Assembly (NCBI GenBank): GCA_947629235.1 | Contig: CANRCX010000004.1 | Span: 13,191 to 77,190 of the forward strand | Length of the DNA stretch: 64,000 bases | Direction: 5' to 3' | Source of the DNA: an uncultured Bacilli bacterium | Lineage (GTDB): Bacteria > Bacillota_I > Bacilli_A > RF39 > UBA660 | Shown: positions 26,088-34,946 of the stretch, one piece after another | Numbering within the stretch: position 1 is the stretch's first letter | Layout: each line of letters starts with the position of its first letter | Translations under genes and position numbers: made by a program | The notes under the pieces: model-generated | The model's database searches: none | Seen by the model: the letters and a program-made list of their open reading frames with translations, nothing else | What the model was told of the DNA's origin: nothing

Positions 26088-26318
26088 ATGGAAAAATTAA
26101 TTGAAATATTAGAAGGATTAAATCCAGAAGTAGACTTTAAAACATGTAATGATTTAGTAGATGGAAGACACTTAGATTCTCTTAGTATATTATCACTTAT
26201 TAGTGAAATAGAAAGTGAATTTGATGTAGTAATACCAACTGTAGAAATAATACCAGAAAACTTTAATTCTGCTAAAAAAATATGGGAGCTAATAGAAAGA
26301 TTAGAAGAAGATAACTAA
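26088..26318 (+). CDS. acyl/peptidyl carrier protein
   Basis: 76 aa and acidic. It carries the GRHLDSLSILSLISEIE phosphopantetheine-attachment motif (DSL). Confidence 0.8.
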   Translation: MEKLIEILEGLNPEVDFKTCNDLVDGRHLDSLSILSLISEIESEFDVVIPTVEIIPENFNSAKKIWELIERLEEDN

Positions 26319-27880
26319 TGTCATACTTCTCATTAAAATATTTATTAGTATTTTTATTAGCTATAGTAGTTGTATATATTTTTACACCTAAAAAATTAAA
26401 AAGATTATTATTACTTCTAGCAAGTTATGCTTTATTTTTAAAAGTTAGTAAAAAGCTAGTAATATATTTATTATTATCAACACTATCTATTTATATATCT
26501 GGTTTATTATTTAAAAAAATAGATGATAAAAGAAATATAAAAATAAAAGGTGTTGATAAAGAAAAAAGAAAAGAAATTAAAGAGAAATATAAATCTAAAA
26601 AGAAAATAATTTTGATTTGCTGTATTCTTTTTAATGTGTCTTTTTTATTTATATTTAAATATTTAACTTTCTTTACTAATATAATTAATATAATATTTAG
26701 TAGTGATATAAAGGTATTAAAATTATTAGCTCCAATGGGAATATCTTTTTATACTCTAAGTGCATTATCATATTTAATTGATGTATATAATGAAAAACAA
26801 GAAGCAGAAAAAAATATAGTAAAAATAATGTTATATTTATCATTCTTTCCAACTATACTTGAAGGTCCTATACTAAAATATAGTGATGTTAAAGATGAAT
26901 TTGAAAAGAAATCAAAAGTAACATATAAAAATTTTTGTTTTGGAGTTCAACGAATTCTTTATGGACTTTTTAAAAAATTCTTAATCGCAGATAGACTTAA
27001 TATGTTTGTAAAACTTGTTTTTGATAATTATACAAATTATAATGGTTCAACAATATTATTAGGTGCATTATTCTATACAATATTACTTTATATGGAATTT
27101 TCTGGAACAATGGATGTAGTAATAGGATCAGCAGAAATTTTTGATATAAAATTACCTGAGAATTTTAAACAACCATTCTTTTCAAAAAATATATCTGAAT
27201 TTTGGTCAAGATGGCATATTACATTAGGATTATGGTTTAAAAATTATATATTTTATCCTGTATCATTATCAAAACCAGTTAAAAAATTAACAACATTTTT
27301 AAGAAATAAAATAAATGCAAGATTTTCAGTAATTGTAATGAGTGCAATATCTTTATTTGCAGTATGGTCATTAAATGGATTATGGCATGGAGCAGGATTT
27401 ACTTATATTGCATTTGGATATTATCATTTTATATTAATATTACTTGGAAATATATTTGAACCATTAATAGTAAAAATATTAAATAAATTAAAAATATCTA
27501 GACAAAATAAAGTATATAAATTTTTACAAATAATTAAGACATCATTCTTAGTAGTATTAGGTGAGTTAATATTTAGAGCTAAAGATTTAACTACCGCGAT
27601 AGGTATGTTAAAAAGTATATTTACAAACTTTAATATTACTAAAATAAATTTCTTATTAGGAATGGATAGTAAAGATTATATAGTATTAATTATATCAATT
27701 ATAATTGTATTTATAATTAGCATATTAAAAGAGAAAAATATTAATGTAAGAGAAAAAATAAGTGAAAAACATATAGTAATTAGATGGATAATTTATTATG
27801 CATTAATTCTTGGCATTATAGTATTTGGTGCTTATGGACCTGGATATGATCCAGTAGAACCAATATATGCAGATTTTTAG
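26318..27880 (+). CDS. MBOAT-family membrane O-acyltransferase (DltB/AlgI-like)
   Basis: 520 aa and polytopic. It has FWSRWHITLGLWFKNYIFYPV with the invariant MBOAT His. The start shares a base with the carrier-protein stop (TAATG). Confidence 0.85.
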   Translation: MSYFSLKYLLVFLLAIVVVYIFTPKKLKRLLLLLASYALFLKVSKKLVIYLLLSTLSIYISGLLFKKIDDKRNIKIKGVDKEKRKEIKEKYKSKKKIILICCILFNVSFLFIFKYLTFFTNIINIIFSSDIKVLKLLAPMGISFYTLSALSYLIDVYNEKQEAEKNIVKIMLYLSFFPTILEGPILKYSDVKDEFEKKSKVTYKNFCFGVQRILYGLFKKFLIADRLNMFVKLVFDNYTNYNGSTILLGALFYTILLYMEFSGTMDVVIGSAEIFDIKLPENFKQPFFSKNISEFWSRWHITLGLWFKNYIFYPVSLSKPVKKLTTFLRNKINARFSVIVMSAISLFAVWSLNGLWHGAGFTYIAFGYYHFILILLGNIFEPLIVKILNKLKISRQNKVYKFLQIIKTSFLVVLGELIFRAKDLTTAIGMLKSIFTNFNITKINFLLGMDSKDYIVLIISIIIVFIISILKEKNINVREKISEKHIVIRWIIYYALILGIIVFGAYGPGYDPVEPIYADF

Positions 27881-27888
27881 GTGAGTGT

Positions 27889-28833
27889 ATGAAAAACGTA
27901 TTAAAAAGTATAATATTTATGACAATATTATTAATTTTATATGAAATTATATCATATTCATTAATTACAAATAAAGAAAATATAGAAAAATATGGTATAA
28001 GAGTAGTATCTAATAATGCAATATTAACTGAAGAAAAAAATACTATTGATGTAGTAGCAATAGGGGATAGTTTAATTTATTCATCTATTTCTCCAATGAT
28101 AATATGGAATAATTATGGATATACTGTATTTGATCTTGCATCTGCTGCTCAAGTAATAAATGATTCATATAAAGATTTAGAGTATGCAGTTGATACACAA
28201 AATCCAAAAGTAGTTATATTTGAAGCAGATGTTTTATTTAGAAATCCTAAAAAAGTACCATGGTATTATAAATTTACAAAATTAGAAAATTATTTTTCTT
28301 TATTCAATCATCATAATAATTGGAAAATATATTTATTTAATTTTTTAAAAACTGATACAACAAATAATATATTTAAAGGATTTAAATATATAAATAAGAC
28401 TGTATCAGCAAAAGAAAAAGATTATATGAAAAAAACGGATAAAAAGACAAAAATACCAGAAAATAATATTAAATATTTTGAAGAAATGAAAAAAATATGT
28501 GATGAAAATAATATAAAATTAATTATTATGAGTTTTCCAAATATGAGAAGATGGAACTATTCAAAACATGAAGCAACTTTAGAATTATCAAAAAAATATA
28601 ATTTAGAATTTATTGATTTTAATACAGAAACAGATATATTAAATATAGATTGGAAAACTGAATCAAGAGATGGTGGTGGTCACTTAAATTATGTTGGTGC
28701 TACTAAAGCTTCTAATTATGTAGGGGAATATTTGAAAAAAAATAATCTTGTAGAAGATCATAGAAAAGATAGTAAATATAATAGTTGGAATGAAGCTTAT
28801 AAACAATATGAATATAAATTAAAAAATAATTAA
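27889..28833 (+). CDS. membrane-anchored DltD/SGNH-like protein
   Basis: N-terminal TM segment. VVAIGDSLIYSSISP is the GDS block I. The C-terminal SRDGGGHLNYVGA is the D-x-x-H block V. Its position after the MBOAT matches dltD. Confidence 0.65.
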   Translation: MKNVLKSIIFMTILLILYEIISYSLITNKENIEKYGIRVVSNNAILTEEKNTIDVVAIGDSLIYSSISPMIIWNNYGYTVFDLASAAQVINDSYKDLEYAVDTQNPKVVIFEADVLFRNPKKVPWYYKFTKLENYFSLFNHHNNWKIYLFNFLKTDTTNNIFKGFKYINKTVSAKEKDYMKKTDKKTKIPENNIKYFEEMKKICDENNIKLIIMSFPNMRRWNYSKHEATLELSKKYNLEFIDFNTETDILNIDWKTESRDGGGHLNYVGATKASNYVGEYLKKNNLVEDHRKDSKYNSWNEAYKQYEYKLKNN

Positions 28834-29175
28834 TACTGAAGATATAGCATAATCTTTATCATGAGATATAGAAACAGATATATTTTTGATTTCTATATCT
28901 TTTTTTATATCATTATGTAAAACTATATAAGGATCACTATTTTCATTATGCAATACTTCTATATCTTTAATATTATAGTCATTAATACCTTTTTTAATAG
29001 ATTTTAAAAAAGCTTCTTTACTTGCATATATTCCAGCAATAGTATCTAACTTATTTTTATTTTTAGAATTAATATATTCTATTTCATTTAAAGTAAAACA
29101 TCTATTCATAAAATTTTCATTATTAATAAGTTTTTCAAATCTTTTTATATAAACAATATCTATTCCATTTGACAT
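28819..29175 (-). CDS. acpS: holo-[acyl-carrier-protein] synthase (AcpS-type PPTase)
   Basis: 118 aa with GIDIVYIKRF, YASKEAFLKS and ISISHDKDYA. Its 3' end overlaps the convergent DltD-like gene by 15 nt. Confidence 0.8.
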   Translation of the reverse strand: MSNGIDIVYIKRFEKLINNENFMNRCFTLNEIEYINSKNKNKLDTIAGIYASKEAFLKSIKKGINDYNIKDIEVLHNENSDPYIVLHNDIKKDIEIKNISVSISHDKDYAISSVLIIF

Positions 29176-29277
29176 AATAATTCACCTGTAAAAATTATAG
29201 CATAAATTAAATATTATGTTTATTTTATTTAAAAAGTATGTTATAATATCATAACTTGATTAAAGGGGAGAATTATA

Positions 29278-30927
29278 ATGAAATTATTTGAATTTATTAA
29301 TAAAACATCTTTATATTTAAAAGAAACTGAAGAAGAGTTAATAGACTATTTAAATACTAGAATATATAATAAAAATATTTGTAGTAAAGATGAACTTAAA
29401 AGTTTAGATGAATTAATAAATAATGTTATATCTAATGTAAGTATAGGATTGAAAAGTAAAAGTAAAATTTTACATAAAATATCAGATTTATATATAATGT
29501 CAGTTAGTATGACAGATTATAATATAATTAAATCTAAGAAATTTTTTTATTATAATTCAATGGATATTATAGATTATTTAACAATATTATTAAAAGATTG
29601 TCCTAATATATTTGAAACAAATATTTTATATAAAATATTATATAAATATTTAGAAGATTATGCAGATATTAATGAATTAATAAATGTATTATATGAATAT
29701 AAAGATAAAATAGGTGAAGATAAAATAAATGAGTATGTAGATTATATAACTAAATCTTCATTTACTATTATTTGTAATAAAATATTAAAAGAATTAGATA
29801 ATGATATAATAAGTATTGATGTAATACTTAAAAACTTAGATTTATTATCTAATATTAATTTAAATTATCATTCACCAAAAAGAATACTTTTATTAAAAGA
29901 AGTAATAAATAAAATAAATATAAAAAAAGAGTTAGATTATTTTGTAGAAGAAGATGGAAATAAAATAATTAATAAAATTGATAATATATTGAAAAATATA
30001 GATAGAGATTATAATAAGAATGAAAAAATAAAACATTCTATTGAAAATGGAAATATTGATATAAGAAGAACTCAAGCATATTTTGAAAATATTAATTATC
30101 CACAAGATGGATATAAAATTGTTCAAAATGAAAAAATAATTACAATTAATAAAAATATATATAATAAAAATGCTGCTTTTTGTATAAGAAAAGATGGAGA
30201 TAATTATTTATTAAAAGTATATATAACAGATGTACCAACTTTTCTAGCTAATAATAGACAAATAGCAATGAATGCTTATAAAAAAGGTGAAAACATGTAT
30301 TTAAATGATAAAGATAAATCTTTATTAATACCAATGTTACCATTATTTTTAATAAAGAAAAATTTATCTTTAAATATGTATTATAATAAAAAAGCAATTG
30401 AATTTTCTTTTGTAATAGATAAAAATGGAAATGTAATATCTAAAAATGTAGATAAAAAGTTTTTTAAAATAGGTCATGACTTAAATATAGAAGATACAAA
30501 AAATATAATAAATAGTAATGAAGATAGTTTACTTAGATATTGTTTAAGAAATTATTATGAATTATGTAAAATAATTTCTTTGTCAAATAATTCAAATATT
30601 AATGATAATACACTAGTTAATTTGCCCTTAAAATTAGTAGATGATTGTGTATCAAAAGATTTAAATTTAGGTATTTTTAGAGATAAAAATAAATATACAA
30701 AAGAAAATACGGGTATATTATTTTCATCAACTCCATTATCAAAATATTGTTGTAATATAAATTTAACTTTATTTTTAGAAAATAATGGAATACATATATG
30801 TGATGAAAAAGATTTAATATATATAGAAGATCATATTGATGATATTATTAAACATTTAAATAATAGAGAAGAAATAAAAGATTTTGTTTCAAAAAATTAT
30901 GATTTTTGTAAAAAATATGTTATATAA
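29278..30927 (+). CDS. RNB (RNase II/R)-like protein with degenerate catalytic motif
   Basis: The central AAFCIRKDGDNYLLKVYITDVPTFL...AYKKGENMYL...IPMLPLFLIKKNLSL follows RNB motifs (DDA.s...g.y.l.VHIADV...R..S.Y....pMLP..L....SL). The Asp cluster is replaced by ITINKNIYNKNAAF. Confidence 0.5.
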   Translation: MKLFEFINKTSLYLKETEEELIDYLNTRIYNKNICSKDELKSLDELINNVISNVSIGLKSKSKILHKISDLYIMSVSMTDYNIIKSKKFFYYNSMDIIDYLTILLKDCPNIFETNILYKILYKYLEDYADINELINVLYEYKDKIGEDKINEYVDYITKSSFTIICNKILKELDNDIISIDVILKNLDLLSNINLNYHSPKRILLLKEVINKINIKKELDYFVEEDGNKIINKIDNILKNIDRDYNKNEKIKHSIENGNIDIRRTQAYFENINYPQDGYKIVQNEKIITINKNIYNKNAAFCIRKDGDNYLLKVYITDVPTFLANNRQIAMNAYKKGENMYLNDKDKSLLIPMLPLFLIKKNLSLNMYYNKKAIEFSFVIDKNGNVISKNVDKKFFKIGHDLNIEDTKNIINSNEDSLLRYCLRNYYELCKIISLSNNSNINDNTLVNLPLKLVDDCVSKDLNLGIFRDKNKYTKENTGILFSSTPLSKYCCNINLTLFLENNGIHICDEKDLIYIEDHIDDIIKHLNNREEIKDFVSKNYDFCKKYVI

Positions 30928-30983
30928 TTGACAATAATTATTTTAAAGTTTATAATTTTTATAGTTCACAGGAGGATGTAAAA

Positions 30984-31724
30984 ATGGACTTTAAAGATAA
31001 AGTAGTAATTGTAACTGGTGGTACAAGAGGTATAGGTCTTGAAACAGTAAAAGTATTTTACAAATATAATGCAAATGTAGTATTATTTGGATCTAAAAAA
31101 GAAAGTGTAGAAGAATGTGTTAATAAATTAAAAGAAGAAGGTATTATAGTTTCAGGATATTATCCTAATTTAAATAATTATGAAGAAGTAAATAATATAA
31201 TAAAAAAAGTATATGAAAAATATGGACATATAGATGTTCTTGTAAATAATGTAGGAATATCTGATAATAAAAAGATTGATGATGTTAGTAGTGCTGATTT
31301 TTTAAAAATTATGAATATAAATATAAATTCAATGTTTAATACTTCTAAATCAGTAATTCCATATATGAAAGAACAAAAATCAGGTGTAATATTAAATGCA
31401 AGTTCTATGGTAAGTATTTATGGTCAACCAAGTGGGATAGGATATCCTACTAGTAAAAGTGCTGTTAATGGATTTACTAAATCACTTGCAAGAGAACTTG
31501 CACCATTCAATATAAGAGTAAATGCAGTTGCTCCTGGAATTATAAAAACTGATATGTTAAAGAATTTAAGTGAAGATATTATTAAACCATTAATTGATAA
31601 TATACCACTTGGTAGAATAGGTATGCCTTCTGATATAGCTAATGCATATTTATTCTTAGCAAGTGACTTAGCAAGTTATATTACAGGTGTTGTTTTACAA
31701 GTAGATGGATGTGCTAAAAATTAG
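30984..31724 (+). CDS. short-chain dehydrogenase/reductase, FabG-like
   Basis: VTGGTRGIG, NNVG, S...Y(PTS)K triad, PGIIKTDM. 246 aa. Confidence 0.8.
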   Translation: MDFKDKVVIVTGGTRGIGLETVKVFYKYNANVVLFGSKKESVEECVNKLKEEGIIVSGYYPNLNNYEEVNNIIKKVYEKYGHIDVLVNNVGISDNKKIDDVSSADFLKIMNININSMFNTSKSVIPYMKEQKSGVILNASSMVSIYGQPSGIGYPTSKSAVNGFTKSLARELAPFNIRVNAVAPGIIKTDMLKNLSEDIIKPLIDNIPLGRIGMPSDIANAYLFLASDLASYITGVVLQVDGCAKN

Positions 31725-31730
31725 CAAACA

Positions 31731-31758
31731 AAAAGAACAATCGAAATTGTTCTTTTTT
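31731..31758. terminator. bidirectional intrinsic terminator
   Basis: AAAAGAACAAT, loop CGAA, ATTGTTCTTTT, with A- and T-runs on either side. It lies between convergent genes. Confidence 0.7.
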
Positions 31759-32281
31759 AATCTCTTTCTTTAAATGAATGAATTATATTTCCTGTTTCTG
31801 CATTAATATAAAATTCATATTCATAATTATTAGAATCAAAGTCTACTTCATATACATATTGATTATATTTATAATCAAATTCTATACTTATGTCATATAC
31901 ATCACTACTACTAAAATTAAGATTTTTAAGTGCTATATCTAATGCTTCTTCTTTTGTTATATATTTTGTATTGTTATTATTAGTTTGATTGTTGTTTTGT
32001 TGATTATCATTTATTTGTTGATTATCATTAACTTGATTATTATTTTGATTATCAACATTAGTATTGTTATTATTAGAATTATTACCATTTACATAACCAT
32101 TATTATAGTTATCATACATATCATCATATTTATCAAATTTTTCTAATACTATTGCAATAATAGTTACAAGTAATACAATTATAAATATTAATGCAAGAAT
32201 TACTATTTTATATGGTATTTCATCTTTTTTCTCAACTTCTAATTCTTTATTTTCTTTTTTTATTTCCTTTTTACTCATTTT
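31757..32281 (-). CDS. membrane-anchored PepSY-domain protein
   Basis: The preferred start is MSKKEIKK at 32281, after AAGGAG. It has a TM segment, an Asn/Gln-rich low-complexity linker, and a C-terminal PepSY fold (ITKEEALDIALKN...YEVDF...YEFYINAETGNII). Confidence 0.7.
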   Translation of the reverse strand, partial: KMSKKEIKKENKELEVEKKDEIPYKIVILALIFIIVLLVTIIAIVLEKFDKYDDMYDNYNNGYVNGNNSNNNNTNVDNQNNNQVNDNQQINDNQQNNNQTNNNNTKYITKEEALDIALKNLNFSSSDVYDISIEFDYKYNQYVYEVDFDSNNYEYEFYINAETGNIIHSFKERD

Positions 32282-32366
32282 ATTCTCCTTTCTTATGTAA
32301 TAATTATAGCATAATATTTTTCTTTTAATCAATATAATTTAATGATATAATTTTATTAGTGATTAT

Positions 32367-32849
32367 ATGAATAGAAAAGTATTAATTATAAGTTTAATAT
32401 TAATAATTATAATTTTATCTATATTTTTAATATTTAATAAAAAACAGAATATAGAAGTAAATAATAATATAGAAGAAAATACAAATGAAAGTGAAGATAA
32501 TATGGATAAGATAAAATTAAAAGTAAATAATATTGAATATGAAATATTACTTGAAAATAATGATACAGTAAAAGATTTAATAAATTTATTGCCACTTAAT
32601 ATTAATATGAGTGAACTTAATGGAAATGAAAAATATTATTATTTAGATAATAGTATTAGAAGTAATCCTAGTAAAGTTGGTAAAATTAATACTGGTGATA
32701 TTATGTTATATGGTAATGATTGTATAGTTATATTTTATGAATCATTTAATACAAGTTATTCTTATACTAGAATAGGAAAGATTGTAGATAGTAGTAATTT
32801 AAAAGAAAACTTAGGTTCTAGTAATGTAAATGTAGTATTTGAAAAATAA
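32367..32849 (+). CDS. cyclophilin-like-fold protein with signal anchor
   Basis: KLKVNNIEYEILLENNDTVKDLINLLPLNINMSELNGNEKYYYL...GDIMLYGNDCIVIFY...YTRIGKI fits the cyclophilin-like (Cyclophil_like) family pattern. Confidence 0.6.
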   Translation: MNRKVLIISLILIIIILSIFLIFNKKQNIEVNNNIEENTNESEDNMDKIKLKVNNIEYEILLENNDTVKDLINLLPLNINMSELNGNEKYYYLDNSIRSNPSKVGKINTGDIMLYGNDCIVIFYESFNTSYSYTRIGKIVDSSNLKENLGSSNVNVVFEK

Positions 32850-32891
32850 ATAAAAATAATTTATAATAAAATAAGAAAGGAAAATAAAATT

Positions 32892-33764
32892 ATGGAAAAA
32901 TCAAAAGTTTATTTTACAAAAGAATTAACTCCTGAAGCTGTAGTTAAAATGTATGAGTCTTTAGGTATTGAATTAAAAAGAAAAGTAGCAGTAAAAGTAC
33001 ATTCTGGTGAAAGAGGAAATCAAAATTATTTAAAACCAGAATTCTTAAAGCCAATGATTGATCATGTAAATGGTACAGTAGTAGAATGTAATACTGCTTA
33101 TGATGGAGCAAGAGATACAACAGAAAAACATATAAAATTAATGGAAGAGCATGAATGGAGTAAATATTTTAATGTAGATATAATGGATTCAAAAGAAGAA
33201 TTAGAACTTGAAATTCCAAATGGAAAAGTACTTAAGAAAAATTATGTTGGAAAAAATATTGAAAATTATGATTCTATGTTAGTATTATCTCACTTTAAAG
33301 GTCATCCAATGGGTGGATATGGTGGAGCTTTAAAACAATTATCAATTGGGGTTGCATCAGGTCATGGTAAAAGATATATTCACTGTTGTGGAAATGATGG
33401 AAGTTATGAAGATATGTTTAATCAAAATCAAGAAAGATTTTTAGAATCAATGGCAGATGCAGCATCTTCTGTAGCAAAATATTTTGAAGGAAATATTGCA
33501 TATATTAATATAATGTGTAATATGTCTGTTGATTGTGATTGTTGTAATGTAGCAGAAGATCCATGTATGAAAGATATTGGTATTTTAGCTTCATTAGATC
33601 CAATAGCAATAGATCAAGCTTGTATTGATTTGGTAAAGAGTTCAGATGATCCTGGACGTGATCATTTACTTGAAAGAATTAATTCAAGAAAAGGTACTCA
33701 TACTATAGATGCCGCTTATGATTTAGAATTTGGAAATAAGGAATATGAATTAATTGAATTATAG
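32892..33764 (+). CDS. DUF362-like protein with Cys cluster
   Basis: N-terminal KVYFTKE...VAVKVHSGE plus the Cys-rich MCNMSVDCDCCNVAEDPC. Assignment to DUF362 is from memory of the family pattern. Confidence 0.45.
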   Translation: MEKSKVYFTKELTPEAVVKMYESLGIELKRKVAVKVHSGERGNQNYLKPEFLKPMIDHVNGTVVECNTAYDGARDTTEKHIKLMEEHEWSKYFNVDIMDSKEELELEIPNGKVLKKNYVGKNIENYDSMLVLSHFKGHPMGGYGGALKQLSIGVASGHGKRYIHCCGNDGSYEDMFNQNQERFLESMADAASSVAKYFEGNIAYINIMCNMSVDCDCCNVAEDPCMKDIGILASLDPIAIDQACIDLVKSSDDPGRDHLLERINSRKGTHTIDAAYDLEFGNKEYELIEL

Positions 33765-33782
33765 TGATTTAGTACTATTTTC

Positions 33783-33811
33783 TTGACAAAATAGGCAAAA
33801 AGTGGTATAAT
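33783..33811 (+). promoter_or_regulatory. strong sigma-A promoter (extended -10)
   Basis: TTGACA (33783-88), a 17-nt spacer ending in TGg, then TATAAT (33806-11). Confidence 0.7.
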
Positions 33812-33817
33812 GTTAAA

Positions 33818-33939
33818 CAGTTGAAGGGGAGTAGTTCTAAAGTTTAATTCGTCATTACGATATAAAATATCCGGATTAAACAGTAACTTTGTTATTGAAC
33901 AAGACTTTCACAGTAATTGTGGGGTCTTGTTTTCTTTTA
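33818..33939 (+). promoter_or_regulatory. structured 5' leader ending in an intrinsic terminator (candidate riboswitch/attenuator)
   Basis: A 10-bp hairpin, GTTTAATTCG/CGGATTAAAC, lies at about 33843-33892. Then comes AACAAGAC(33898-905)...CACA/TGTG...GTCTTGTT(33924-31) plus TTTTCTTTT, ending 27 nt before the ATG of 33967. Confidence 0.45.
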
Positions 33940-33966
33940 CCTCACAATAAATAAGGGGGGATATAT

Positions 33967-34494
33967 ATGAAGAAAAGAAAATTTTATTTAGCTTCTGCTA
34001 TACTTAAAAGAAGGGAGATTGTTGAATTATATGACAAATATGAAACATTTGGAGAAATAGATTATTATATATATGTTTCAAATAAAAAAGTACTTGTTTA
34101 TAGTGAAACAGATGAAAATGGTAAAGAAGTTTTCTATCATTATCCAAGTGGTAAAGAAGTTTATGAAAGAAACTTTGATTCATCATATACTACTGATAAT
34201 TCATATTGTTATACTTTCAATTATACAGATAGTATTAGTTTAGTAGATAAATTTGCTAAAAGACCATTTAAAGAAAGAGATTATTTAGGATACTTTGTTC
34301 CTATTCATGAATACTTTGGATTTAATACAGAAATAACTTCAACAGGATTAGCAGTTGCATTATTAAACTATGCTAACTTAAATAAATCTGGTTATACATT
34401 ATTATCAATGAATAAAGAAGAAGCTAAAAAACAAATTGATGCTATTAAAAATAAAAATACAGAAGAAGAACAAAAACAATTAAAACTAAAATAA
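33967..34494 (+). CDS. hypothetical protein
   Basis: 175 aa with a GGGGGG/AAGGGGGG RBS. No motif recognised. Confidence 0.6.
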   Translation: MKKRKFYLASAILKRREIVELYDKYETFGEIDYYIYVSNKKVLVYSETDENGKEVFYHYPSGKEVYERNFDSSYTTDNSYCYTFNYTDSISLVDKFAKRPFKERDYLGYFVPIHEYFGFNTEITSTGLAVALLNYANLNKSGYTLLSMNKEEAKKQIDAIKNKNTEEEQKQLKLK

Positions 34495-34510
34495 CTATTT
34501 CTAATATCAG

Positions 34511-34539
34511 AGTAAGTCAAAATATGACTTACTTTTTTA
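34511..34539 (+). terminator. intrinsic terminator
   Basis: AGTAAGTCA (34511-19) pairs with TGACTTACT (34525-33), then TTTTT. Confidence 0.7.
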
Positions 34540-34716
34540 ATTTATCATAATATTATTAATGATAAGTAAAATAAAAAATTAATATTTGTAGTAGAATTGA
34601 AGATAATTCTAGTTATCTATTATAATGAAAGTTATTGTAATAAAAATAGTGAAATACTCTTGAAATGTATGAAGATTATTAATATACATAAGTGAAGTAA
34701 TACTATACAAATTAAT

Positions 34717-34745
34717 TTGACAAAATACATAAATAATGTTATTAT
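34717..34745 (+). promoter_or_regulatory. sigma-A promoter of candidate sRNA (repeat copy 1)
   Basis: TTGACA (34717-22), a 17-nt spacer, then TATTAT (34740-45). Confidence 0.55.
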
Positions 34746-34751
34746 GAATAC

Positions 34752-34866
34752 ATCAAGGAAACTTGAATAAAATAAAAAAGGAACATTTAGCTTATTGCTA
34801 AAATGTCTACCTTAATGCGATAGACATTTAGTCTATAAAGAATAGACTAAGTGTCATTTTTTTATT
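34752..34866 (+). ncRNA. candidate antisense sRNA (type I antitoxin-like), ends approximate
   Basis: The 5' hairpin is ATCAAG/CTTGA. Further hairpins are AATGTCTA/TAGACATT and TTAGTCTAT(34828-36)/ATAGACTAA(34842-50), with a T7 run at 34857-63. It is complementary to the 3' UTR and stop region of the minus-strand small ORF. Confidence 0.35.
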
Positions 34867-34946
34867 ACAATTATCAAAATGATAATTAAAAATAAAATGA
34901 TAATTATGAGCTTTAGAATTTTGATCAAAAAAGTCTTAGTTTTCAT
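34854..34946 (-). CDS. 30-aa hydrophobic peptide, type I toxin-like (not in ORF track)
   Basis: MKTKTFLIKILKLIIIILFLIIILIIVIKK. GGAGG lies 9 nt upstream. A minus-strand promoter TTTACT-17-TATAAT sits near 35010-35040. The minus-strand terminator is ACATTTTAGC/GCTAAATGT + TCCTTTTTTATTTT (34770-34812). Confidence 0.4.
   Translation of the reverse strand: MKTKTFLIKILKLIIIILFLIIILIIVIKK

Noticed and set aside
34546-34716. Additional small ORFs in the 830-bp gap, for example the 11-codon MKVIVIKIVKYS near 34634 and the 13-codon MKSSTRLFFTFKNN near 35224.
   Set aside because: They have no Shine-Dalgarno sequence, no hydrophobic-helix character comparable to the two toxin-like ORFs, and no paralogous counterpart at the other locus.
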